Source: Bacteroidia bacterium
GTDB lineage: Bacteria > Bacteroidota > Bacteroidia > UBA4408
Length of the DNA stretch: 64,000 nt
Assembly: GCA_043778625.1 (NCBI GenBank)
Contig: JAYWFU010000104.1
Coordinates: 3,216 to 67,215 of the forward strand
Reading direction: 5' to 3'
A program made the translations under genes and the position numbers. The notes under the pieces were generated by a model that saw only the letters and a program-made list of their open reading frames with translations, was not told the DNA's origin and did no database searches. Of this stretch, positions 1 through 9,399 are shown piece after piece. The stretch's first letter is position 1; each line of letters starts with the position of its first letter.

Positions 1-142
1 TATCGTCCGCTTCTTTTTGGCGCTTATAATAGCCCTCGGTGGCGTTGCTTAGTTTTCCTTTTTTGTCAAAATAAATAATGTCTTGTGCAAATGCAGTAGT
101 AGCAATTGCCGCTACTAGTAGTGTAATTAATACCTGTTTCAT
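1..142 (-). CDS. hypothetical secreted protein, N-terminal fragment (gene continues past window start)
   Basis: Minus-strand ATG at 140-142. Translation MKQVLITLLVAAIATTAFAQDIIYFDKKGK... is signal-peptide-like. Absent from ORF track because it is truncated at the window edge. Confidence 0.4.
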   Translation of the reverse strand, partial: MKQVLITLLVAAIATTAFAQDIIYFDKKGKLSNATEGYYKRQKEADD

Positions 143-189
143 GTTGTTGTGTTTGGTTAGTTATTGTGTTGATTTAGTTGTTAATTTTT

Positions 190-756
190 TTAATTGAATG
201 GTAGTTTACCAATAATTGAATAGTTGCTTCCTGTAACAAATGAATATCCTCTTGCGTCACAAATAGTAGCATAATACACTCCATTTAATTTTGTTATGTA
301 TAATTTCCCTTTTGTTTGCAAGTCCATATTACCCAATGATGCATCTTTTAACATTATCGTAGTTTGCTCTTCCGTTAGCGAAAAAGTTGGAGCAACTATC
401 GACAGTTCTGTGTATAAACTAGGCGTTTTTCCACTTACTGTTATCGTGTATGAACCTCCTTCATAATTACCATCTATTGTGTACAAATTATTATTGCTAT
501 CGTAACGCCCTATCCCGTTTATTGTAGTAGTGTAGTTAATTGCACCAATACTTAGTTTGTTACCGGTTACGGTACATGTTGGATTTATTAGTTTGCAGGG
601 TTTACATACTCCACCACAATCCATGGCATCTTCGGTGCTATCTCTAAAACTATTGTGGCAATGGGTAATGTATAATGTTTCTTCGGTTTTGGTGCAGCCC
701 ACCATTACAATTATGGAGAGTAATGCAAATATGTTTTTTTTCATTAGGGTTCTCAA
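190..756 (-). CDS. Cys-motif lipoprotein (HCHN..D.TED..DCGG.CKPC), paralog 1 of a tandem pair
   Basis: 188 aa ORF with signal peptide and lipobox (VGC). Conserved 6-Cys/His motif shared with the adjacent ORF 759-1325. Beta-rich Asn/Thr/Tyr body. Confidence 0.6.
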   Translation of the reverse strand: MRTLMKKNIFALLSIIVMVGCTKTEETLYITHCHNSFRDSTEDAMDCGGVCKPCKLINPTCTVTGNKLSIGAINYTTTINGIGRYDSNNNLYTIDGNYEGGSYTITVSGKTPSLYTELSIVAPTFSLTEEQTTIMLKDASLGNMDLQTKGKLYITKLNGVYYATICDARGYSFVTGSNYSIIGKLPFN

Positions 757-758
757 TT

Positions 759-1325
759 TTATTTAGAAGCAAATTTTCCACTAATGTCATAGTTATAAGT
801 TGATTCGATTTTACCATTACAAATAATAGCGTAATAGGTATCGCCAGTTTTTACCATATATAATTGACCTGAGTTTAAATTCGGCGAAGTACTAGTATAA
901 CTACCATTAATGGATACACGAGCAAAATAAGGATAGCTATTATTTAACGCACCTTGCACAATTGAGTACGCACCATACAAATTAGGTACAGCGTCAGATA
1001 ATGTAATGGTATAATTACCCACTTCGGTAGTACCCGACATTACATATTCGTTATTATTATTTAACTTCCCAGTTCTGTTTGTATGATTAGTCCCTACATA
1101 GGTCTGTTGTGGGCTTACACGTGTAATATTAACTACAACATTACTAAAATTGCAAGTGGGTGTTACAGGAACACAAGGTTTGCAGGCTCCGCCGCAATCG
1201 GTACCATCTTCAGTATCGTCCTTAGTTTTGTTGTGGCAATGTTCAATATCAAGCGGCTTTTCGGTTGTTTTGTTACAACTTAAAACACCTACACAAAATA
1301 TAACTAAAAGTAGTTTCGTTCTCAT
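759..1325 (-). CDS. Cys-motif lipoprotein, paralog 2 of tandem pair
   Basis: 188 aa, signal peptide plus lipobox (LSC). Same HCHNKTKDDTEDGTDCGGACKPC motif and identical length to its neighbour. 2 nt spacing between the two genes. Confidence 0.6.
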   Translation of the reverse strand: MRTKLLLVIFCVGVLSCNKTTEKPLDIEHCHNKTKDDTEDGTDCGGACKPCVPVTPTCNFSNVVVNITRVSPQQTYVGTNHTNRTGKLNNNNEYVMSGTTEVGNYTITLSDAVPNLYGAYSIVQGALNNSYPYFARVSINGSYTSTSPNLNSGQLYMVKTGDTYYAIICNGKIESTYNYDISGKFASK

Positions 1326-1830
1326 TTATTTAATTTTCTGCAATGTTAATCTATTTTTTTCGCATTTTGAACGTTTAATAGGTATTTGTACCTGATTTTT
1401 ATTGTACATAAATCAATTTATTTTTTGGATAATTTGTACTGTAGCTTTCTTAATTTTTACGGTATAATTAATAATTATGTACTTCAATAATTTTTTATTT
1501 TTAGTAGTAGCTAGTTACTTAGTGTAAATTGCGCTTACGCAACGCGACAGTAGCTGTATTAATAATAAATTACTAGCAATATCTTTACCAATTATGAACC
1601 TGCTTTGCCAGTACAAGCGTCAGATAGCCGAGCAGTTTAGGCTAGTGCAAGCTTGTAGCTACAAGTATTCGAAACCTTAATTAAGCTGAATTCAATAGGT
1701 GTTTTGCCTTATCGGGGTTAACTCCACGCAGCACTACTATTTCTTTAATAATAAATTTGCCTCAAATTGTAGCAAACTTTCGCCATCAACTCCTATACAA
1801 CATTGAATAACTACTATAAAAAAATAGTAG

Positions 1831-1900
1831 TTATTCATTCACAGCACAACTGGCACTAGCCTCAACTACACAGTTACCTGACGCTTGCGCCAGCGGGGGG
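1831..1900. repeat. partial copy of MITE-like repeat (3' half with terminal inverted repeat GCTTGCGCCAGCGGGGGG) plus shared sub-repeat TTATTCATTCACAGCACAACTGGCACTAGC
   Basis: Direct sequence match to the 3' halves of repeats at 2668-2884, 35817-35986 and 36909-37079. The sub-repeat also occurs at 35178-35219. Confidence 0.6.
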
Positions 1901-1940
1901 TTACATTTTTTGAACCCTCACAAAATATAACCTACACAAA

Positions 1941-1980
1941 ACAAACAAAAAGCCCTGCAACGCAGGGCTTTATACTTTTT
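1941..1980 (-). terminator. rho-independent terminator (bidirectional hairpin AGCCCTGC-AACG-CAGGGCT)
   Basis: GC hairpin at 1951-1969 flanked by an A-run and a T-run. Downstream of minus-strand gene 2056-2595. Confidence 0.6.
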
Positions 1981-1989
1981 ATACCGTTT

Positions 1990-2022
1990 ATGAATACCAG
2001 CAACATGCTGGCACTAGCCTAA
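1990..2022. repeat. internal fragment of MITE-like repeat (TGAATACCAGCAACATGCTGGCACTAGCCT)
   Basis: Matches the central portion of the repeat copies at 2668-2884, 35817-35986 and 36909-37079. Confidence 0.5.
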
Positions 2023-2055
2023 AGAATTATTAGAACTATTTTAAGTTTTTTACTA

Positions 2056-2595
2056 CTAGTCCAAGTCTGTTCTTTTTGGATACCTAACTAATAAATTACT
2101 ATACTTTATGTCTTCTAAGAAAAATTTTGACGAGTATATTATATCTGTAAATTTATCTCCATCACTATCAGTTACAGAACCTTCTGTAAAATAAACTAAT
2201 TGTTTTTTTTTATAAGCAGACAACAATTCTTTATTATATTTTTCATTATAATACGGAACTATAATATACCTAGTTTTTGAATACACAACTAAATTATCAT
2301 AGACGGCTGAAAGAGTCTTAAAAAGTTCATCGTTAATGAGAGCATTGGTTACTTTAACATCAACAACTCTAACGGGAATAAGTATCCATTTGTGTTTTTC
2401 TAAATTAATTCCTGAATATAATGGGATATAATTTGCAGGCAAAGAGTCTAATACAAAAGGGTTTTCTCTTATATAACAATGAACAAAATGGTTACGTCCG
2501 TTTATACTCGAACACCACTTAAATTTATTTGAATGCACTGATTCCTGACAACTACTAAAAAATAAAGATATAACTACGATTGCTATTTTTCTCAT
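2056..2595 (-). CDS. hypothetical lipoprotein
   Basis: 179 aa. N-terminus MRKIAIVVISLFFSSC is a lipoprotein signal. Flanked by MITE-like repeat copies. Confidence 0.5.
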   Translation of the reverse strand: MRKIAIVVISLFFSSCQESVHSNKFKWCSSINGRNHFVHCYIRENPFVLDSLPANYIPLYSGINLEKHKWILIPVRVVDVKVTNALINDELFKTLSAVYDNLVVYSKTRYIIVPYYNEKYNKELLSAYKKKQLVYFTEGSVTDSDGDKFTDIIYSSKFFLEDIKYSNLLVRYPKRTDLD

Positions 2596-2667
2596 TTCCC
2601 TCCTGGCTTCCGTAATGTTGGTGTACCTACAAATCCATTTTTATTCTCTATTCCTTTATTAAAGCAT

Positions 2668-2884
2668 CCCCCGCTGGCGCGAGCTTGCAGCTCGTGTCCA
2701 CTACCACTGTACCAAACCTTATTTTCTTGTTTACTATCATTAATCATTACAATTAGTTTTTATTTTTTAATGAATACGAGCAACATGCTCGCACTAGCCT
2801 AAACTACACGGTTACCTAACGCTCGCACTAGCGGGGGCACTAGCTACAACTGCTCGGTTACCTAACGCTAGAGCTAGCGGGGGG
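2668..2884. repeat. MITE-like repeat copy A (5' TIR CCCCCGCTGGCGCGAGC, 3' TIR GCTAGAGCTAGCGGGGGG; internal duplication of the 3' end)
   Basis: About 217 bp. Near-identical to copies at 35817-35986 and 36909-37079. Internal inverted repeats CGAGCA..TGCTCG. Exactly fills the gap between gene ends 2595 and 2885. Confidence 0.75.
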
Positions 2885-3328
2885 CTAAGTCAAAAATTCT
2901 TTATCTAGAAACAACCAAATTAATGATACTATAAAAGAAAGAATACTGTGTTTTTTCAAAACTTTATCTCCATTAATATTTTTTATTAGGTTATTAAAAA
3001 TTCTGATATATATTAAAATAGGAATAAAAACAAAAAAACCAATAATTCTGAATGAAAAATAGAATGAAATAAATGAAACTAAATAAATTAAAATAAAAAA
3101 GAAGAGTTTGTATTTTTTTTCAAAAACAATCAATAGAGAATTACAACTATAAATAAAAAATATATGTATCAAATAATTAAAAATTAATTCTATTCCAACA
3201 TAACCCATAGTTATACCACTATCCCAGTTTAACCACTCTATTGTCTTAGGTAAAAAATAAAAAATGTTCAACAATACTATTAAAAAATCTAAAAAATGAA
3301 GATTAATGTAATTTTTTAAATTAATCAT
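2885..3328 (-). CDS. small polytopic membrane protein, putative Rhs-toxin immunity protein
   Basis: Highly hydrophobic 147 aa product if started at ATG 3326-3328 (MINLKNYINLHFLDFLIVLL...). ORF track extends it to 3412, overlapping the upstream Rhs gene. Sits immediately downstream of the Rhs toxin tip. Confidence 0.45.
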   Translation of the reverse strand: MINLKNYINLHFLDFLIVLLNIFYFLPKTIEWLNWDSGITMGYVGIELIFNYLIHIFFIYSCNSLLIVFEKKYKLFFFILIYLVSFISFYFSFRIIGFFVFIPILIYIRIFNNLIKNINGDKVLKKHSILSFIVSLIWLFLDKEFLT

Positions 3329-3332
3329 AGTC

Positions 3333-5456
3333 TTATTTGTTTTTTGGTTTGCCTTTATATATATGTAATTTTTGATCAACAGTTTTAATTGCATTAAATG
3401 CTGCTTTATCATCTACTGTTGCAGCATGTGCTGCTTTCCCTTCCTTTTTCCAATTAATATTTTTAGAATTAGCGTCTTCAACATCTTTTAATTCATACCC
3501 ATTTTGTTTAGCCATTGGCTGAACAAGTCCCATATTATCATTGGCGTAAGTAAACTGTATTCCTCTTTTTTTCAGTTCATCTGTCATTTCAATATCGTTA
3601 GGTTGATGAACGGAAAGAAAAACTAAATTTACGGAAACCTTAACCCCCTTACGTGCAGCAGCATCTATGATACCACCTGCAATACCAACGCCTTCTGCAT
3701 TCCCTTGACTATGCATTACCACCGTCATGATATTATTATTTGTACTGACTTTTATCTCTCCTGAATTAACCATTTCCATACCCGTTTGATAACCTTCTGA
3801 TATTCTAGATTTTGCGGTTGAGCCGTGGGCATGATCGCCTGAAACAAAATGACTCTTATCATCGTTAAAATATCTTTCAATTTCTTTTGTAAAACCTTTA
3901 TTTTTTGAATTCCAATAAGAGTCTCGCAATTTATCTTGAAAATCTTGTTCACGATCGCTTGAACTTCTGTACCCTCCCAACCTATAACCATTTACAAAAA
4001 TAATGTCTTTACCATCAGGATCTATTACATTAACTGGGTTATTTGCGGCATAAGAATACGGACTTATGTCAGGGTATTTACTTGCTTTAGCATCACGTTT
4101 TGGTGTTCTTCCTAATCTTAAATCTAACCATCTATCACCCATATCTATTGTATTACCAACTCCACTTACGTCGTTAATTTTTTCTTGCCCTCCAAAACCG
4201 ATTCTTTCTGCCTCGTTAGGGTTTAGCGGTTGTTGTAGTGTGTTTTTACCGCTTTTGTACAGTGTACGTTCGGTCAGGGGTGCTCCGAATCCGCTATAAT
4301 CTGTAGCACTTAATATATCGGCTTTGTAGCCTGTTATTGCATTATTTGTAATAATTGGTATTTTGCGGTCGGAGACGGTGGTAAGCACATTATTCAAATG
4401 ATTACTTAACTCAAAATGCTTGTTGCCTAGCGTGGTGTAATAATTAAGTGTTGGGGTGGGGCTTATTAATTTTACGGTAGTGTAATCAGCCCCTAGGCGT
4501 GCGCTACCGTATAGGTTGCGCTCGGTAAGGTTAAATGTACCTGCAAGCATATCGTAGTGGTACACGGCCATGGTATTGCCCTGCGCATCGCGGGTATAGT
4601 AGTCGCTACTTAGTAGCTGTGGCACTGCATTAGTTGTGGCACTGGTGTACACGTGCTTAGCTATGCGGTTTCCGCTGGCATCGTAGTCAAACTTCAGGTC
4701 GTTTTTAGTGCTATTCATTGCACGACTAATGTACTTAATTTTTCCGTACACTGTCCATTCAATTTTATCTATTTTTTCTTGGGTATCTTTGGTAAGGTTA
4801 CCAATAGGGTCGTAGCTGTAGTTGTTACTACCATTAACATTGCTTGGGTTAAAATTGCCTTGGTCCTCTATGTCGTCAAGTGGAGTACTAGCCAGCACAA
4901 AATCATTTACATGGTATAATCTATTTTGGGTTTTGCCATTAGTAGTGGTGGCGTTGTTGTAGTTATAAGTTAAATTATCAAATGTAGCTCCGCTACCATC
5001 GTTGCGTACCTGTGTAAGTATGTTACCATTGGCATCGTAGGTAAATGTATTAAAATATTTGGTTGAACCTGCAGTTGTTGGTTGCCAAGCATTAGCTGCT
5101 ATATCCAAATTATCATAGGCCTGCGCTTGCATTAGTCTATTTAGCTGGTCGTATTGGTAGGTAAATGCGTTGGGTAGTACGGCACCTGTGGTAGGGTTGG
5201 TAATGGTGGTAACCATAGCACTAATATTACCATTGAACAAGCTTTGTGCGGCGGCTATTGCACTACCTGTTTTGTTGGCATTAAAGGTGGTAGGCGCTAC
5301 GCTTTTATAATCGCCGTTGTAGTAGTTTAGGCTATAGCCCATGGCATCTTTGGGTATTAGTTTATTGGTTCCTACCGTTCTACCGTCTTTTCCTAGGTCG
5401 TTATTGGGGTTTAGGCTTTCGGAGTTTATGCTAATTACATTTATAAAATAGTCCAA
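3333..5456 (-). CDS. Rhs/YD-repeat protein fragment with C-terminal polymorphic toxin domain (alpha/beta-hydrolase/lipase-like); likely orphan Rhs tip module
   Basis: YD repeats (YDANGNILTQ, YDASGNRIAKHVY, DYYTRDAQGNTMAVYHYD). Rhs core-end motif AANNPVNVIDPDG, followed by a unique ~250 aa tip containing a VVMHSQGN nucleophile-elbow-like motif. Only 707 aa. The first codon is TTG at 5454-5456 (no ATG), with the first in-frame ATG ~38 codons in. Confidence 0.75.
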   Translation of the reverse strand: MDYFINVISINSESLNPNNDLGKDGRTVGTNKLIPKDAMGYSLNYYNGDYKSVAPTTFNANKTGSAIAAAQSLFNGNISAMVTTITNPTTGAVLPNAFTYQYDQLNRLMQAQAYDNLDIAANAWQPTTAGSTKYFNTFTYDANGNILTQVRNDGSGATFDNLTYNYNNATTTNGKTQNRLYHVNDFVLASTPLDDIEDQGNFNPSNVNGSNNYSYDPIGNLTKDTQEKIDKIEWTVYGKIKYISRAMNSTKNDLKFDYDASGNRIAKHVYTSATTNAVPQLLSSDYYTRDAQGNTMAVYHYDMLAGTFNLTERNLYGSARLGADYTTVKLISPTPTLNYYTTLGNKHFELSNHLNNVLTTVSDRKIPIITNNAITGYKADILSATDYSGFGAPLTERTLYKSGKNTLQQPLNPNEAERIGFGGQEKINDVSGVGNTIDMGDRWLDLRLGRTPKRDAKASKYPDISPYSYAANNPVNVIDPDGKDIIFVNGYRLGGYRSSSDREQDFQDKLRDSYWNSKNKGFTKEIERYFNDDKSHFVSGDHAHGSTAKSRISEGYQTGMEMVNSGEIKVSTNNNIMTVVMHSQGNAEGVGIAGGIIDAAARKGVKVSVNLVFLSVHQPNDIEMTDELKKRGIQFTYANDNMGLVQPMAKQNGYELKDVEDANSKNINWKKEGKAAHAATVDDKAAFNAIKTVDQKLHIYKGKPKNK

Positions 5457-5475
5457 TAGTTAAATAGCGTTAAGA

Positions 5476-5560
5476 GCACCCCTCCAACGGCGAAGCCCTC
5501 ACGAAACAAAATAATAAAATAAAACTTGAGTAACAAAGGAGGGGAATTCGTGGCGTGAAT
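5476..5560. repeat. GC-rich hairpin element GCACCCCTCC...AAAGGAGGGGAA with an embedded CCTCACGAAACAA / TTCGTG half-site pair
   Basis: The same GCACCCCTCC and AAAGGAGGGGAA arms recur at 53889-53915. The CACGAAAC/TTCGTG palindrome halves recur at 54254-54280 and 61504-61568. Lies 20-80 nt 5' of the Rhs start. Confidence 0.5.
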
Positions 5561-5692
5561 ATCACATTGGACTATGTAGTATTTGTATTTGCTATTATGG
5601 CTTTTTAAAAGTATTAACTAGTTCAAAATAGTATAAAAACTCGCTCCAATAGTGTTTCTAACACTTGTGTTTTGTTAATAGCGGTTACACTC

Positions 5693-5736
5693 AACAAAAA
5701 AGCGATACTAAATTAATAGTATCGCTTTTATTTTGT
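5693..5736 (-). terminator. rho-independent terminator after rplQ
   Basis: Hairpin AAGCGATACT-AAATTAAT-AGTATCGCTT followed on the minus strand by a U-run. 30 nt downstream of the rplQ stop. Confidence 0.65.
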
Positions 5737-5765
5737 GACGTATATAAATATGTAATTTAAGTAAA

Positions 5766-6551
5766 TTACTCTTTACCTCCGTCTAGTTTTTCTTGTAAAT
5801 CTTTCAATTCAGCCCATTTGCCTTCAGCAGCTAATAAGGCTTGCTGTGCCCAAGTTGCTGGATCGTGCATTTTGTAACGATCGCCTCCTGTTAATAATAC
5901 TTCCTTTGATTTTTCTACTGAAGTTTCAGCTAATTGTTTCCAAGTTGAAATACCTGCAGCTACGTACAGTTCTTCAATTTTAGGGCCAATTCCTTCTACT
6001 ATTTTCAAATCATCTAATTTAACTTTTTTACCAAAAGCTTCGCTTGCGGCTTTAGCATTAAAATCGCCTTCAGCAACTGGTGCTGTACTAGCCATATTTG
6101 CATCAGCAACTTTAGCATCAGCAGGTTTAGGGCTACGACGCGTTGTTTTAGCTTTAGCGGGTTCAGCAGCTAATTTTCCGTTTGAGTAAATTTCGTTGAA
6201 ATCAACTAGTTCAATCATGCACATATCAGCATTATCTCCCATACGATTACCCGTTTTAATTATACGAGTATAACCTCCTGGACGAGTTGCAATTTTAGGT
6301 GCAATATCTCTAAACATAGTTGAAACAATGTCTTTATTTTTAACATAAGCAAAAACAGTACGACGATTATGCGTAGTATCAGTTTTTGATTTTGTTAATA
6401 AAGGTTCAACGTATTTTCTTAATTCTTTAGCCTTAGCTACAGTAGTAAATATTCTTTTGTGTATAACCAGTGAAGAAGCTAAATTAGCCAACAACGCTTT
6501 GCGATGTGCCGATGTTCTTCCTAAATGATTTACTTTTGATCCGTGTCTCAT
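5766..6551 (-). CDS. rplQ: 50S ribosomal protein L17 with ~110 aa C-terminal extension (Ala/Lys-rich linker plus helix-hairpin-helix-like domain)
   Basis: N-terminal 150 aa are canonical L17 ([21 protein letters not shown]...). The extension contains [28 protein letters not shown] (HhH GIGxK signature). Last gene of the alpha operon. Confidence 0.85.
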   Translation of the reverse strand: MRHGSKVNHLGRTSAHRKALLANLASSLVIHKRIFTTVAKAKELRKYVEPLLTKSKTDTTHNRRTVFAYVKNKDIVSTMFRDIAPKIATRPGGYTRIIKTGNRMGDNADMCMIELVDFNEIYSNGKLAAEPAKAKTTRRSPKPADAKVADANMASTAPVAEGDFNAKAASEAFGKKVKLDDLKIVEGIGPKIEELYVAAGISTWKQLAETSVEKSKEVLLTGGDRYKMHDPATWAQQALLAAEGKWAELKDLQEKLDGGKE

Positions 6552-6577
6552 AATATTTTTTTAATAACGAATGATTA

Positions 6578-7573
6578 TTATTCTTTTTCTAACTGATATT
6601 TACCAATGTTCATTCCAAAGTGTAAGCTTTTTGAATGTACAAGGTCTTCTAATTCAGTTAATGATTTCTTACCAAAATTTCTAAATTTGAGTAAGTCATT
6701 TTTGTTAAATGATACTAACTGACCCAAAGTATCAACATCAGCCGCTTTTAAGCAATTTAAAGCACGAACTGATAAATCCATGTCCGACAGTTTAGTTTTT
6801 AACAATTGACGCATGTGTAACGTATGCTCGTCAAATTCTTCTTTAGGAGCTTTATCTTCAGTATCCAGCGATATTTTTTCGTCCGAAAACAACATAAAGT
6901 GATGAATCAATATCTTAGCTGATTCTTTTAAGGCTTCCTTAGGATGCACTGAACCATCAGTAGTTATGTCCATAACTAATTTTTCATAATCCGTTTTTTG
7001 CTCAACACGAAAGTTTTCAATCGTATATTTTACATTTTTAATTGGAGTATAAATAGAGTCAATAGCAATAGCTCCAACAACAGTTCCTGCAGGTAATTTT
7101 TGCTCTTCAGCAGGTACATAACCTCTTCCCTTTTCAATAGTTAGTTCTAACTTCATTTTAACAGATGGATCCATTGTAGCTATCACTAAATCAGGGTTTA
7201 ACACCTGAAAAGCGGTTGCATATTTACCAATATCGCCTGCAGTTAAAAATTCTTTTCCTGAAACATTCACAATTACTCTTTCGTTTTCAGTGCCATCAAT
7301 TTGGCGCTTGAAGCGAACTTGTTTTAAATTTAAAATAATTTCAGTAACGTCTTCAACTACTCCTTTTATTGTCGAAAATTCGTGGTCTACACCTTCAATT
7401 TTAACTGAAGTTATAGCAAAACCTTCTAACGAATTTAATAATATTCTACGTAGTGCATTACCAACAGTAATGCCGTAGCCTGGCTCTAGTGGTCTAAATT
7501 CAAACTTACCATCGGTATCATTTGAATTTATCATAATCACCTTATCGGGCTTTTGAAATGGTACAATACTCAT
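6578..7573 (-). CDS. rpoA: DNA-directed RNA polymerase subunit alpha
   Basis: 331 aa; canonical rpoA sequence and operon position. Confidence 0.95.
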   Translation of the reverse strand: MSIVPFQKPDKVIMINSNDTDGKFEFRPLEPGYGITVGNALRRILLNSLEGFAITSVKIEGVDHEFSTIKGVVEDVTEIILNLKQVRFKRQIDGTENERVIVNVSGKEFLTAGDIGKYATAFQVLNPDLVIATMDPSVKMKLELTIEKGRGYVPAEEQKLPAGTVVGAIAIDSIYTPIKNVKYTIENFRVEQKTDYEKLVMDITTDGSVHPKEALKESAKILIHHFMLFSDEKISLDTEDKAPKEEFDEHTLHMRQLLKTKLSDMDLSVRALNCLKAADVDTLGQLVSFNKNDLLKFRNFGKKSLTELEDLVHSKSLHFGMNIGKYQLEKE

Positions 7574-7602
7574 TATTTATAGTAGATTAAGTAAATTAAA
7601 AA

Positions 7603-8208
7603 TTAGCGTGAGTACAACTCTACAATAAGTTGTTCTTTAATGTTTTCAGGTATTGAAGCCCTTTCAGGAACTTGAACAAATTTACCTTTCATGCCACTAT
7701 TATCCCACTCTAACCACGACCATTTTGATAATTTTTGGTTGCGTACCGATTCAAAAATCTCTAACGATTTTGAACGCTCACGCACCTCAATAACATCACC
7801 CGTTTGCACTTGATACGATGAAATATTTACAACATTACCATTAACCAAAATATGCTTGTGGCTAACTACTTGCTTTGCAGCATCACGAGTAGGCGTAATT
7901 CCTAAACGATACACTACGTTGTCTAAGCGAGATTCAATTAACTGTAATAAAACCTCACCAGTAACACCATGTGCACGAGTAGCTTTATCAAAAGTTATTT
8001 TAAATTGTTTTTCTAATATACCATAAGTATATTTTGCTTTTTGTTTTTCTTGCAACTGAATTGCGTATTCAGATTGCTTCATACGTTTTTTAGCTAAACC
8101 GTGTATCCCTGGAGGATAGTTTTTCTTTTCAACGTATTTATCAGGACCAAAAATTGGCTCACGAAACTTACGTGCAATTTTTGACTTTGGACCAATATAT
8201 CTTGCCAT
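7603..8208 (-). CDS. rpsD: 30S ribosomal protein S4
   Basis: 201 aa; [15 protein letters not shown]... is canonical S4. Confidence 0.95.
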   Translation of the reverse strand: MARYIGPKSKIARKFREPIFGPDKYVEKKNYPPGIHGLAKKRMKQSEYAIQLQEKQKAKYTYGILEKQFKITFDKATRAHGVTGEVLLQLIESRLDNVVYRLGITPTRDAAKQVVSHKHILVNGNVVNISSYQVQTGDVIEVRERSKSLEIFESVRNQKLSKWSWLEWDNSGMKGKFVQVPERASIPENIKEQLIVELYSR

Positions 8209-8239
8209 TTCTTTTAAAATTACTTTAATTTAGTTAATA

Positions 8240-8641
8240 CTATACTCTTCTTCTTTTTGGTGGACGACAGCCATTGTGTGGCATAGGCGTAATATCAACT
8301 ATTTCAGTAACTTCAATACCTGCACCTGCGATAGTTCTAATAGCCGATTCACGTCCAGCACCAGGGCCTTTTACGTAAACCTTAACTCTTCTTACACCAT
8401 TATCAAAAGCAACTTTTGAACAGTCAGCAGCAGAAATTTGTGCCGCATAAGGAGTATTCTTTTTGGAACCTCTGAATCCTGATTTACCAGCTGAGCTCCA
8501 CGATATTACATCGCCTGTCATATTGGTAAATGATACTATAATGTTATTAAAAGTTGATGATACATGCGCAAGCCCTGTACTCTCAACTTTTACTACACGT
8601 TTCTTAACTGCCTTAGCAGTACCTTTAGATTGTTTTGCCAT
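8240..8641 (-). CDS. rpsK: 30S ribosomal protein S11
   Basis: 133 aa; S11 signature. Confidence 0.95.
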   Translation of the reverse strand: MAKQSKGTAKAVKKRVVKVESTGLAHVSSTFNNIIVSFTNMTGDVISWSSAGKSGFRGSKKNTPYAAQISAADCSKVAFDNGVRRVKVYVKGPGAGRESAIRTIAGAGIEVTEIVDITPMPHNGCRPPKRRRV

Positions 8642-8662
8642 CTAATTTTTAAAACTTAGTTA

Positions 8663-9040
8663 TTACTTAGTTACTTTTTTCTTGTTAGCAACTGTCTTTT
8701 TCTTACCTTTTCTAGTACGAGCATTATTTTTAGTTGTTTGCCCACGTACTGGTAAACCTACACGATGTCTAATTCCTCTGTAGCAACCAATATCCATTAA
8801 TCGCTTAATGTTTAGTTGAACTTCCGAACGCAAAACACCTTCAGTTTTGTAGTTATCTCCTATGATACTACGGATTTGACCTAATTCAGTGTCATTCCAC
8901 TCTGAAACCTTTTTATCAATACTGATACCAGCTTCAGTTAAAATTTTCTTAGATGTACTTAATCCTATTCCGAAGATGTAAGTAAGTCCAATTTCACCTC
9001 TTTTATTCTTAGGTAAATCAATTCCTGCAATCCTTGCCAT
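8663..9040 (-). CDS. rpsM: 30S ribosomal protein S13
   Basis: 125 aa; [10 protein letters not shown]... is canonical S13. Confidence 0.95.
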   Translation of the reverse strand: MARIAGIDLPKNKRGEIGLTYIFGIGLSTSKKILTEAGISIDKKVSEWNDTELGQIRSIIGDNYKTEGVLRSEVQLNIKRLMDIGCYRGIRHRVGLPVRGQTTKNNARTRKGKKKTVANKKKVTK

Positions 9041-9056
9041 TGTTTTTTAACTTAAA

Positions 9057-9173
9057 TTATTTTTGTCTTTGTTTGAATTTAGGATTCTTTTTATTAATCA
9101 CATAAATTCTTCCTTTACGCTTTACGATTTTACAATCAGCGGTTCTTTTTTTGATTGATGTTCTAACTTTCAT
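9057..9173 (-). CDS. rpmJ: 50S ribosomal protein L36
   Basis: Hand-translated 38 aa [41 protein letters not shown] between rpsM and infA. Too small for the ORF track. Confidence 0.9.
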   Translation of the reverse strand: MKVRTSIKKRTADCKIVKRKGRIYVINKKNPKFKQRQK

Positions 9174-9177
9174 TTTT

Positions 9178-9396
9178 TTATTTGTAACGGTATGAAATTC
9201 TTCCTTTTGTTAAATCGTATGGCGACATTTCTACTTTAACTTTATCGCCTGGTAATATTTTAATATAATTCATTCTCATTTTTCCTGAGATATGAGCTGT
9301 AATAACATGTCCGTTTTCTAATTCAAGACGAAACATTGCGTTAGATAATGCCTCTATAATGGTTCCGTCTTGTTCAATCGAAGCTTGTTTTGCCAT
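9178..9396 (-). CDS. infA: translation initiation factor IF-1
   Basis: 72 aa; S1-like IF-1 sequence. Confidence 0.95.
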   Translation of the reverse strand: MAKQASIEQDGTIIEALSNAMFRLELENGHVITAHISGKMRMNYIKILPGDKVKVEMSPYDLTKGRISYRYK

Positions 9397-9399
9397 GTA

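Noticed and set aside
3333-5456. Treating the 707 aa ORF as a complete Rhs protein
   Set aside because: It lacks the N-terminal domains and most of the YD-repeat shell. It starts at TTG right after a stop codon, which fits a C-terminal orphan fragment.
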